Notes under the pieces: model-generated
Database searches by the model: none
Told to the model about the DNA's origin: nothing
The model's input: only the letters and a program-made list of their open reading frames with translations
Shown here: piece after piece, positions 38,248 to 48,408 of the stretch
Numbering within the stretch: position 1 is the first letter of the stretch
How the letters are laid out: each line of letters opens with the position of its first letter
Translations under genes and position numbers: made by a program
DNA from: a virus
Strand: one strand, 5' to 3'
Virus record (IMG/VR): IMGVR_UViG_3300025121_000027
Coordinates: 1 to 64,000 of that record
Length of the DNA: 64,000 bases

Positions 38248-41200
38248 TTAAATCAGGTTGGACAGCGGAACGTCCAGAATCCACACTTCGCCCTCAGTGT
38301 TGACAGCCAAGAAAGCCGCCAACTCCTCGGGTACGTCCTCAATACGGGCTACGCGGATGGAGGTCTGAATGAAGGGTTTTTCAGAAACCGCTAAGTCAAA
38401 ACGTACCTCTAAAGTTTTCATGGGTCTTTCCTTTCTGGCCCGAGGGCCGGTTAGTTGACATTTTGCAGAGCTTTAATGATTTTTTCAGCATCTTCTCGTG
38501 AAGAGTAGATTCGGCAAATAGCGATGTCTGGAAAACGTCGATCTTCAGGAGTGAAATTAATGTCTCGAACGAATTTGCCTGAATAGTTCTTTCCTAGTTC
38601 CTCAAAATCGTCAGTAAGTTTATATGTTCCGTTCATTTTTACTTCTCCTTTATACTATCGGATTTACAAAAACATGATTGAAGAATGTTTCAACTTCATA
38701 TTGGCACGAGTCATATCCAGCACTATCTAATGCTTGTATCACTTCTTGTTTTGTTGTGATTCTAGGAAGGTCTTCGCACCTTACTTCTTCTTCTGAAAAA
38801 CAAATTTTGTGTTTTAGAAGTTCTTTTCTGAAAGCATTTACTCTTTTCATTCTGCTTGATTTTGTTGGCTTGTTTCTGGCTCCGATATCATGATGAGCAA
38901 TGATTGCGAAGTTATTCATTGTGCTATCTCCTTTCTTGGCAGATAGCATTTAATTAACATATCATTGTTATTCAATGCATCAAGTACAGATAGAAAAGCA
39001 TTTATCTCTGCATCCGTTCTGGAATATAGTTCTTTAACTTGTGGGTTTTCTTTTCCTTTGAATACTTCTAAAAGTTCTCTTTTGGCTGTTAGAATATCGC
39101 GCAATGCTTGCTTCAATTCTTTTGTTTTCATTATGCCTGCCTCTTTTTAGCATTGATAATTGCTTTTTCTGGAGTAGTACGCTTTAGACTTTTGTTTTCG
39201 CATCGTGGGCAAGTAAAGATATATTCAGGACTTGGCCCATGGCCTTTTGGCTTTTGCTCCATATAGCCGCATCGTGAACAAGAATAAGTATTCATTTGTT
39301 ATGCCTCTCATTGATTCATTTTGAAAAACAATTTTACAGACAAGCTTGCATCAAAATCTTCCATTGGGATGGTAAATCGAGTGTCTTCATAATCTGGTTG
39401 AAATATACTTCCATCCATATCTTTTTCAGGAAATATAGGAAGATTTGCTTTCTCTGCCATTTCGTTTAATCTATAATCTACCCAGTGTTTCATAGTCTTA
39501 TCTCCTTTATGCTTCTGTATGAGAAGCGAGAATGTTTAGGGCAAGCCTTAACCCAGGAACATTAATTCTTTCTACTGTTTTAGAATTGTGCAAATCATGA
39601 TGAATATGGTTGATAATATCGTTTGAAATATTCGCAGCAAGAATACTATCTACACTTCCCCAGGGATATAATTCTGGAAATTGAGGATTGAAGTTGCAAC
39701 AATCTTTTACTTTCATTTTCTTATCTCCTTTTCTTAACAATCTTTTGCCCAAGAAAACAAATCCCGATAAACAAGCCAATGAGCATAGGAACATTCCCAT
39801 CTTTTAGACATTGGACAACCGAATACATCTAATTCAGATGGCCTTGAACGATAAACTTCATTTCCGATTTTCCAGAACTCCCAAAAAGAATCAGGGAATC
39901 GATAGCCAGAAGCAATCAATTTAATTTCCATAAATCATCTCTTTTTAAAAATTTGTTATATATTCATTCCATTCCATTTCTTTCATAAAATTCCATCTTT
40001 TCTTATTTCTTCCATGCGTCAAGTACTTAATCAGAAGAAAGCCAGGACTCCAATCTTCTGATTCTGGATCAATCTTGCAATTTAGATCGTCGAAAACGTG
40101 TAGGATAAAGGCGTGACCACTACCATTTGGAATGCTTTCCATGTTTATCCTCCGATTAAATTTATATCGAGACATAAATAGTATACTGTCGGCCGCCAAT
40201 AATTGCAGTATAAATAAACTCTCCGCCGTTTCTACTTTTTTGCATTTCAACATTTTCACAAGCGGAAACATATCCAGCAATGCGTTTTACTATCGGTGAA
40301 TCAGCTTCATAATACTTTCCAGAACAACCACACATGCACTTGCCGGGTTTTCCGGCATAAGCGCGATTGATTTTAACAGGATCAATAATTGGGCAATAAA
40401 TGATTTGCGTCATGATTAAGTCTCCTTTTCAAAGTTTATCGATGAAGTTTTTAATATTTAGAATTTTGAGTTGGCATCGTAATAGTACTTTTTGAAATGG
40501 TCTTGATGAAATTTCAACAAATCAATCTCCCAGGCAGTCAAAGTATTGCGTACTATCTTTTCTTTAAAATCAGATGTGATGACTTCTTTATGCTCATGGA
40601 AACCACAGGGGATCATGATGCGGTATTCAATAGTATAATAGTCATAGATTGCTTCTATGCTAATCTTCCTTCTGTTCAAAATTTCTTGAACAATACCCAG
40701 TGTATCATCGCCGATTTTAAAGATTGCATTTGCATCATTTCCTGTTTCAGCTTGCTTCTTCATGATTAAATCTCCTTTTCAAAAGCGGCTTGTGCTTGCT
40801 TGCCACTGATTTTTTCTTCGGCTATGACGATTGCATGAGTATCACCGTTGGTATCTACTTCTCGAATAACTCCTTTAAAGCCAAGACCATTTAAGATTCT
40901 GGTTAGCGAATTGAAATCAATCTGTTCTTTATAATCCCAGACCATCGAAACTGTTTTGATTTCTTTTTTCTTCATGGCTTTATCTCCTTTGTTTGATTTT
41001 GGTTAGTTTTCGGTATTTAGTCCTGAATGAACATTGCCATTGAGCGGCGGATAGCATCGGCGGATATGTAGAGCTTTTCGGCCAGTGCACGGTCAATCAT
41101 GTCAATGTGGTCATTTTTTTCCAGCAAATTGATGATATGCTCGGCGTGCTCCATATTGTGCTTTGCTTCTTTTTTCGTCATGATTTTATCTCCTTTGCTT

Positions 41201-42080
41201 CTGTATTTAAAATATTGTAAGCAAATTCATATGCATCAAATACTCTTTGGTCATTGATTTGCACACCGCCCATTGCCGTGTTGTGCTCTAATGAGAGGCG
41301 CAGCAATTCTCTCATCTTTTCATATCTCAAAGAGATAGTTTTTGTTCCAACTCCTTTTCGACGTACTACTTCGTTAAATGAAGTAGTTAGCAAATCTTTT
41401 ATTGCGAATTCTTTAGCATTAGGATAATTTGTTCCCATTTTTTTCTCCTTTAATTTGTTAAAATATGTTTTAAAACTTTTTCGCCTCTGAACTCCACTTC
41501 AATTGTGGAGTTTTGATTGGAATATCCTAACTTTTCTAACATTCCAACCATATCTTCTGTTACTGCAAAAAGAACTTTGAAGCTTGCTTTTCTAAGTTCT
41601 TTCAGCATTTCTACTCCTTCTCGCTTTGAAAACGGACAAAAGTGAGAAACACAAAAATAATTAGAATCAAATCGACCAATACAGATCGATTTGTTGAAGA
41701 GAAATACTTTTTCTCTTTTGAGATACGATCCAAATCTATTGTGGTCTAAAATAGATTTGGGTCTTCTTATTTTCATGACTTTGGAATATTGCTTCCAAAG
41801 TTTGGAAGCATCTACTATTTGCAGAACGATTCTTCCGTCAAACAATCCAGAAATCATGATTTTATCTCCTTATTTAGTAGATTGCAGTTGCACATTTTTC
41901 ACAGTAGATTTTATCGTCTGTAGTGCAAGTCATTTCCCACATCGGCTTGACAACTTTACATAAGCAGCATGTAGCAGACATTAATTTGGTACATGCTTTA
42001 CAGAAACAATCTCCATTTTCATTTACTGCTGATTTGTTGTCATCTATTTTCTTTCCACAACTATTGCATGTTGTTTCCAT
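38248..42080 (-). CDS. Array of about 15 short early-region hypothetical genes
   Basis: Densely packed 50-135 aa ORFs, most with AAGGAG RBSs; includes a sub-threshold 57-aa ORF at 38248-38421. Confidence 0.6.
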
Positions 42081-42115
42081 AAAAATCCCCCTATGATGTA
42101 TGCAGAAAAGTTCTT

Positions 42116-42396
42116 TTCTTCTTTGTGGGCATTAATTTAGTAAGGTTTTTATAAGAGGCCTTTTTTGGCTAATATAAAATTGATTTGATCGACGGTTAAT
42201 GGACTTCCATCGATATTTGTTTGGCTTTTAATGTAATTAATTTTGGCTTGTTTAGAGCAGGCAGGACACCGAAGAAGAGCAATTTGCTCCTCTCTTTTAA
42301 GACGAGATTGACCTCTGCCAAGCCGTAAATTACATTTGCATCCGCATTTATAATTTGCCATAATAATTCTCCTTTACTAATGCCCACAAAGAAGAA
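42116..42396. repeat. 19-bp perfect inverted repeat pair bracketing ORF 42149-42361
   Basis: TTCTTCTTTGTGGGCATTA (42116-42134) and TAATGCCCACAAAGAAGAA (42378-42396). Confidence 0.85.
42149..42361 (-). CDS. 70-aa Cys-rich protein, first gene of the early transcript
   Basis: CGC..CPAC motif; AAGGAG RBS; flanked by inverted repeats. Confidence 0.65.
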   Translation of the reverse strand: MANYKCGCKCNLRLGRGQSRLKREEQIALLRCPACSKQAKINYIKSQTNIDGSPLTVDQINFILAKKGLL

Positions 42397-42434
42397 GGAA
42401 AAAGGAATAAAGCTCTCTTTCCGTCTTCTCTGCA

Positions 42435-42935
42435 TTTAACACACTCGCGTCATTCTGTTCGCCTTTACTCTTATTGTCCAGCAATGCTCAAAAGACTTAC
42501 TTAAAACAACAATTCCATGGCAAGGTCTTTGACCTCATATCATTTAAAAACAAATGATACTTCGACGGCTGTTATGCAATGGACTGTTTATTCGGCCTTA
42601 CGATTACATGAGCAGGAAAGCGCTTGGCGCGCTGTTAGAAAGGTTGTTGATGGACTAAGTAAGGTGGACTATGACTTCGGCTTAACGACGATAGGCGCTT
42701 GTCTCAAGTATGTTTTTATGGGGTTTACTCGCTGGGCCGTTTCCCCTGCCCGATCTTGAGATAAATTGGATCGGCTCTATCTATCGTTATTTCTGAATCA
42801 AATGCGCGGAACATGATCCAGTGCTGACAAAACCCAGTGGAGCGGTTTGCGGTGGTTTCGTCGGCTTGTCAAAGAACCTTCAGGAGTTCGCCTGGGGTTG
42901 GATCGGTGTAGCGCGTGTGAACCAAGGAACTGGTT
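42435..42935 (-). ncRNA. Candidate large structured leader or ncRNA with a boxA-like site
   Basis: GC-richer stretch with no convincing gene; several nested stems; GTTCTTTGACAA at 42866-42877. Confidence 0.45.
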
Positions 42936-43087
42936 CCTTTCTATCAGAAAAAATTAAACTTGTAAACAAAATTAACACACATATTTAAAATAATTTTAAT
43001 AACAAAATCAACAATATACAAGCCAAAAATATGGTATTTTCCAAAAGCCCACCCATCTAAAACGAAAAAAAGAGCTATTATCACGTC

Positions 43088-43163
43088 ATTAACAGTTAAC
43101 ACATGTTAACTGAACTGTTAAAAACATTAACACATGTTAACCAATCAAATTAACACATTAACA
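43088..43163. repeat. TTAACA / TTAACACATGTTAAC repeat cluster upstream of terS
   Basis: TTAACACATGTTAAC at 43096 and 43127, plus further TTAACA copies. Confidence 0.75.
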
Positions 43164-43196
43164 GAAGTATAAAACAATCATAAAATACTAATAACC

Positions 43197-43997
43197 ATGC
43201 GAAAAAGAAGAGACATTCCAATTATAAAACCTGCCGATGCTCCTAAGGGAAGAGGTAGGCCAAGCAAGAAGCCCAAAGTAAAGAAGAGTTATCTATATAA
43301 ACCACCAGAAGCACGAGACTTATCCGATTTACAGATGCGATTCTGTGAAGAGTACATAGTAGATTTAAATGGTGTACAAGCGGCAATACGATCCGGCTAT
43401 AGTCCATCAAGCGCAGGCATAACAGCAAGCAAACTTTTAGCAAATACTTCTATCATTAGATATGTACAACATCTTAAGATAGAACGCGCCAAAAAATTAG
43501 AAGTCTCCCAGGATAGAATAGTACAAGAGTTAGCAAGAATAGCTTACAGCGACCATAGAACATTTTATGATAAAGAAGGTTGGCCGATACCGATAGAGCT
43601 ATTGACAGACGATCAGCAAGCATCGGTAAGGGACATTCAGTGGGGAGAAGAAGTCCAGAAAGATAGAACTGGCGAAACAATAAAAGATCAAAATAACCAA
43701 GATAAGATTTTTAGATATGTAAAGAAGTATGCTTTTTATAATAGAGTAGATGCGCTGAGAATGCTCGGGCACCATTTGGGAATGTCTCTTGATAAACCAT
43801 CGGAAAGATTTACTGGAAAAGATAAACCGCAGCAAGAGATAACATTCGAACATTTACTTAGAAGATTGGATGCAGCGAAGTTGGAACAATTAACACAATG
43901 GTTAGTATCTGCCGCGCAGCCAATTAAAAGTGCTCATCCTGTAGATAAAGAAGATATTCCAGAATGGCCGGATGAAACCCTTGGCGGTATGCAATGA
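43197..43997 (+). CDS. terS: Terminase small subunit
   Basis: LSDLQMRFCEEYIVDLNGVQAAIRSGYS, VQELARIAYSD and AL..LGHHLGM motifs. Confidence 0.9.
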   Translation: MRKRRDIPIIKPADAPKGRGRPSKKPKVKKSYLYKPPEARDLSDLQMRFCEEYIVDLNGVQAAIRSGYSPSSAGITASKLLANTSIIRYVQHLKIERAKKLEVSQDRIVQELARIAYSDHRTFYDKEGWPIPIELLTDDQQASVRDIQWGEEVQKDRTGETIKDQNNQDKIFRYVKKYAFYNRVDALRMLGHHLGMSLDKPSERFTGKDKPQQEITFEHLLRRLDAAKLEQLTQWLVSAAQPIKSAHPVDKEDIPEWPDETLGGMQ

Positions 43998-44361
43998 CAA
44001 AATGCCCAAGATGCAATGGTGAAGTTTTTAAGGTAATCTATTATGGATTGCCTTTTTCTTTATGCAAAGAAGAAGATTGCAGTTGTTTGTTTGGTTTCTT
44101 TGATTTCATTGCAAGATATCTTCCTTTTAATGGATGGTTTTATGCATATGAAGGAAGTTATCTGATTGCTTTAATATGTTGGTTGTTTGGGATGGAAACT
44201 GGAAAAGACGAATGAAAAAGAAATTCTTTATTGCATTTATCTTTATGCTATTTGTTTTTATAAGTATTGGCTTGAAGTGTTTTATCTTTTCCAATAGTTC
44301 TACTGGAATGATTGCGGATGATAGTAGTCATGTAATAGACAGTAGAGAGTATGGAAAGTAA
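43994..44361 (+). CDS. Two small hypothetical ORFs, one membrane-anchored
   Basis: Tiled between terS and terL. Confidence 0.5.
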
Positions 44362-44364
44362 TTA

Positions 44365-45270
44365 ATGTTTAATGCTTTTGACATATCCAGCTATACACCA
44401 AGACAGCTAATGGATTCAATTCCACCGAATCCTATTCCGATAGCCGAAAGAATACTGGCAGAAAAATCATTAAAGCATTTTGTAATGCAAGCCTGGCATA
44501 TACTTGAGCCGAGAAGCCCTTTGATTTGGAATTGGCATCTTGATGCAATCTGCCAACACTTAGAAGCAGTAACAAACACCTATCTTATTAAATCAGGAAT
44601 AGCTGGAAGAGAAATAGACAACCATTTCTATGAAGCAAATTATTCCATTCCTTCTATAAACTACTTATGGATAAATATGCCGCCGAGACATGGTAAGAGT
44701 TTGCTTGTTTCTGTCTTCTGGCCATGTTGGGAGTGGGGTCCGAAAAACCTTCCAGACTTACGATATCTTTTCATCTCATATGCACAGCCACTATCTACCA
44801 GAGACAATTTAAAACGAAGAAGATTGATAGAGTCCAATTGGTATAGAGAAAGATGGGGAGAGCGTTTTCATCTTACTACAGATCAGAATGCAAAAACTCG
44901 CTTCGATAATGACAGAACAGGAGTAATGATTGCAACTTCTATCTCTGGTCTTGGAACGGGCGAAGGCGGGCAACGCGTTTGTCTACCATATAACCAGAAG
45001 ATAGATACAGAAATTGGTAGGGTCGAGATCGGAAAGATCGTCAAAGAAAAATTAGAAATCAAAGTTGTTAGTTTTAATCATAAGACAAATAAAACAGAAC
45101 TTTCTAAAATAGAAAAGTATTTTGAAAATGAAGGCCGAGATATTTTTGAGATAGAACTTGAAGACGGCACGACATTTCGATGTACTGAAGATCATCCTGT
45201 ATATGTTAATGGTAAAGGGTATATTCAAGCAAGAGAATTAACAGAAGAAGATGAGGTGGTCTGCTTATAA
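44365..45270 (+). CDS. terL: Terminase large subunit N-half fused to split intein IntN (44980-45267)
   Basis: WNWHL, Walker A INMPPRHGKS, TGEGGQRV|CLPYNQ...CTEDHPV...ELTEEDEVVCL then stop. Confidence 0.92.
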   Translation: MFNAFDISSYTPRQLMDSIPPNPIPIAERILAEKSLKHFVMQAWHILEPRSPLIWNWHLDAICQHLEAVTNTYLIKSGIAGREIDNHFYEANYSIPSINYLWINMPPRHGKSLLVSVFWPCWEWGPKNLPDLRYLFISYAQPLSTRDNLKRRRLIESNWYRERWGERFHLTTDQNAKTRFDNDRTGVMIATSISGLGTGEGGQRVCLPYNQKIDTEIGRVEIGKIVKEKLEIKVVSFNHKTNKTELSKIEKYFENEGRDIFEIELEDGTTFRCTEDHPVYVNGKGYIQARELTEEDEVVCL

Positions 45271-46280
45271 TGGGTTGTTTATATCAAATAACTTCTCCAT
45301 CTGGTAAGTCTTATATAGGCATTACTAATTTTACCGCTCAAGAAAGATGGTCTCAGCATGTAGGCGAAGCATTAGGGTCAAGGTCTAAAAGAGCAATTTC
45401 TAATGCTATAAGAAAATATAGCTCTGATTTGTTTGATGTTAAAACACTTCTTATTGCAAATGATGCGGCTTATTTAAAGTTGATGGAAGTTAAAGTAATT
45501 GCGGCATTTAAAACGCATACACCTAATGGTTATAATATGACTGCTGGCGGAGATGGTGTTGTTGATTTAGATAGCGAGACTTTTAAAAATCTTCTTGAAA
45601 AACGCTTAAAAACTATAAGGTCGAAAGTATATAGAAAGAAAAATTCAGAAACTCAAAAGGCGCTTTGGACAGAAGAAAAAAGACAAGAAAGATCAAGAGT
45701 TGTTTCTGAATTGTGGGAAGATGAAAATTATCGCAATCATATGTCTGAAGTTCACAAAGGATGGCATTATTCTAAAAGAGAAAGAGAAAAAGCGTCTATA
45801 CGTTCTAAAAAACGCTGGAGTAATCCGGAGTATGTCAAAAGACATAAACTTATGATGAAGAAACTTTGGCAAGATGATGAATTTAAAAAGAAAATGGCTG
45901 AAGCCACAACCGATGAAGTAAAAAAGAAGATAGGTGTTGCTTCAAGAAAGATGTGGTCTGATCCAGAGTTTCATGCAAAAAGAAGTAAGCAAATGAAAGA
46001 GTATTTTAATTTGCCAGAAGTTAAAGAAAAAATAGCTGAAAAAACAAGACAACAAATGGCTGATCCAGAAGCAAGAAAAAAGATTGGTGAAGCCATGTGT
46101 AAGCATCGAGGTTATATCTTTTCAAAAGGTATTAAACCAAAAAATCCGAGAAGCGTGTTTTATAAAATTTGGGACAAGATAGAAAGTAAGATAACATTCG
46201 CAGAGCTTTATCGTTTTGATATTGAAAGCCGTAGAATATCAGAAGCTGTTGATCGTGGCTATTTGGTGATTGTTAAATAA
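45270..46280 (+). CDS. Free-standing GIY-YIG homing endonuclease with NUMOD3-like repeats
   Basis: LYQITSPSGKSYIGIT, RW..H, E...I and GYNMTAGGDG; repeated basic W-containing helices. Confidence 0.88.
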   Translation: MGCLYQITSPSGKSYIGITNFTAQERWSQHVGEALGSRSKRAISNAIRKYSSDLFDVKTLLIANDAAYLKLMEVKVIAAFKTHTPNGYNMTAGGDGVVDLDSETFKNLLEKRLKTIRSKVYRKKNSETQKALWTEEKRQERSRVVSELWEDENYRNHMSEVHKGWHYSKREREKASIRSKKRWSNPEYVKRHKLMMKKLWQDDEFKKKMAEATTDEVKKKIGVASRKMWSDPEFHAKRSKQMKEYFNLPEVKEKIAEKTRQQMADPEARKKIGEAMCKHRGYIFSKGIKPKNPRSVFYKIWDKIESKITFAELYRFDIESRRISEAVDRGYLVIVK

Positions 46281-47389
46281 TGAAGATTAAGAAGATAAAA
46301 AGTATTAGACGAATCAGAAAAGACTCTGCTACTTATAATATTCAAGTAGCAGATAACTATAATTATTTTGCCAATGGTGTACTTGTTCATAATTGTATTG
46401 ATGACGCCCATAACGTGCTTGAAGTAGAATCAGAGCCAAAAAGACAAAAAGTATTAGCTGTCTGGGACGATACTCTTTCAACTCGTGTCAATGATGTAGA
46501 AGTCGGTGCTTATGTCGGCGTCATGCAAAGAACACATTCAAAAGATTTAACTGGTCATATTTTAGAAAAGAGAAAAGATGGGCAGATAGACAATCTTGTG
46601 CATGTATGTCTTCCTGCAAGATACGAAAAGAATCATCCGCACCCTTCTGATACTCCATTAAACTTTACAGACCCAAGAACAGTAGAAGGCGAGCCTTTAG
46701 ATAAAGGAAGACATCCAGAAGATAGTCTAAAGCAATTAGAGGGAAAACTTACTGCCTGGGGTAAGGCTGGTCAGTTACAGCAAAGACCAAGGCCAAAAGG
46801 TGGTCAGATTGTTCAAGCAGGAAAAATTAAGATAGTAGATAACTATAATCATAGATTAGTAAAGAAGATGGTGCGTTACTGGGACAAAGCTGCCTCTGAG
46901 GATAAAAGTGCTTCTCACTCAGTAGGTCTTCTGATGGCATCTATGAGAGATGAATGTATTGACTACGGCTTTATTGTTCTGGATGTTGTCTACGGCCAAT
47001 GGACTTCTGGCGAGCGTGATGTAAGAATGCGTCAAACTGCTCAGATGGATGGAATAGAAGTTGAACATGTAGTAGAGCAAGAAGGTGGCTCCGGCGGTAA
47101 AGAATCAGCACAAAACTCCATAAGAAAAGTATTTCTTGGTTATAAGTGTTCAGCAGATCACCCATCAGGCGCAAAAGATGTAAGACTTGAGCCGTTCGCT
47201 GGCCAAGTAGAAAACAACAATATTGCTATGTTATCTGCTCCTTGGAATAAAAAATATGTGGAAGCATTAGAAGAGTGCTCTGTTGGTTCCGTAACAGACT
47301 TTGGGGATGGTTCTTCTGGTGCTTTTAACTGGCTTAATGGTTTAACTGGTAAGGGAAAGTCTAAAGTAAGAATAGGAGTTGTAGGATAA
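46280..47389 (+). CDS. terL: Split intein IntC (46280-46393) fused to terminase large subunit C-half
   Basis: MKIKKIKSIR...YNIQVADNYNYFANGVLVHN|CIDDAHN; then VMQRTH..DL.G, QLQQRP, RYWDKA and EQEGGSGGK nuclease domain. Confidence 0.92.
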   Translation: MKIKKIKSIRRIRKDSATYNIQVADNYNYFANGVLVHNCIDDAHNVLEVESEPKRQKVLAVWDDTLSTRVNDVEVGAYVGVMQRTHSKDLTGHILEKRKDGQIDNLVHVCLPARYEKNHPHPSDTPLNFTDPRTVEGEPLDKGRHPEDSLKQLEGKLTAWGKAGQLQQRPRPKGGQIVQAGKIKIVDNYNHRLVKKMVRYWDKAASEDKSASHSVGLLMASMRDECIDYGFIVLDVVYGQWTSGERDVRMRQTAQMDGIEVEHVVEQEGGSGGKESAQNSIRKVFLGYKCSADHPSGAKDVRLEPFAGQVENNNIAMLSAPWNKKYVEALEECSVGSVTDFGDGSSGAFNWLNGLTGKGKSKVRIGVVG

Positions 47390-48402
47390 ATGAGTACTTT
47401 TGATGTGGACTTGAGAACAATCAATCCGCAAACAGGAGACATAATAGTTCTACAATTAGACGTGGATAACATTCCTTATTTTGATTTAGACGATTTTATG
47501 GAAATGCAAGATAAGTTGAAAGAAGCATTTCCAAGGAACAAAATAATACTATTGGCTAAAAGCGATAATTTTTTGGTCTGTAAGAATAAGAAAGAAGTTC
47601 AAGAGATATTAAACGAGTTGTCATAAACATTGGATAGTTTGGATAGACAAGTGAATGGGTGCTACAGAACGCAAAGAGAAATAGAAGAAGGCATTTGCAC
47701 TTGTCTACAATACGAGCAAGCAACAGGAAGATGTTTATCAAAGATAGATACAGTATCAAAAATAGATGGTCAGTCAACTTGCCCAAGAAACCCGTTGGCG
47801 ATACCTTATAAAGAGTGGGAAAAAAGAAAATGAATCTTTTCTTTAATCCATTAAAAGCTTTCAGAAGATGCAAAGAACTTGAATGCAGGATTGCAAGAAA
47901 AGAAGAAATGTCCAGACTTTGCGAAGAGAAAGCAAAACTTCTTAAAAACGGAATAAGATGCGATCAAGAGCAGCTTGATAAATTAAGAATTAAAATAGCC
48001 AAGAAAACTAAAAGGAAATAAGCAATGGCATTTACTCCAACATATCTTCCTAATAGCAGAAGCAAGTTTTTTCAGTTCTTTGCTACTGGTAACACAACGA
48101 TGGTTGAAGCATTAAATCTTGGTAAAGCATTTGAACTTGCCGATATTAGATTGATTCTTTCTGCTGCTCATCCTTCTGTAACTTATTTCACCGCTAATTT
48201 ATCTGCTGGTCAAGGTAGTGCTTATAACGTCGTGCTTGCTTCTTTTCTTGCAAGTACTCTAACCAATGTAACAGATAGAGTATGGACACCTTCTGCTGAT
48301 AAAATATTATATCAACATAATGATACTATTCAATTTTCCATGCTTAACAGCGTTGGTGCGATTTGGGGGTTAGTTGTAACTGGTTGGGCAGTACAGGATT
48401 AA
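47390..48402 (+). CDS. Four small hypothetical ORFs
   Basis: Tiled ORFs 47390-47626, 47630-47833, about 47830-48021 and 48025-48402. Confidence 0.5.
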
Positions 48403-48408
48403 TACTTA

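Noticed and set aside
144-41963. Many + strand ORFs in the left arm (and - strand ORFs in the right arm)
   Set aside because: They are antisense shadows of well-supported genes, with Phe/Ser/Leu-rich composition and no motifs or RBS.
42517-42759. 80-aa + strand ORF in the divergence region
   Set aside because: No clear RBS or motif; the region is better explained as a structured minus-strand leader, though coding is not formally excluded.
43088-43163. Possible CRISPR mini-array
   Set aside because: Repeats are only 15 bp with 16-nt gaps and no cas genes are present.
45268-46282. Group I intron interrupting terL
   Set aside because: There is no non-coding room for a ribozyme core (TAATG overlaps on both sides), and the flanks are clear intein halves.
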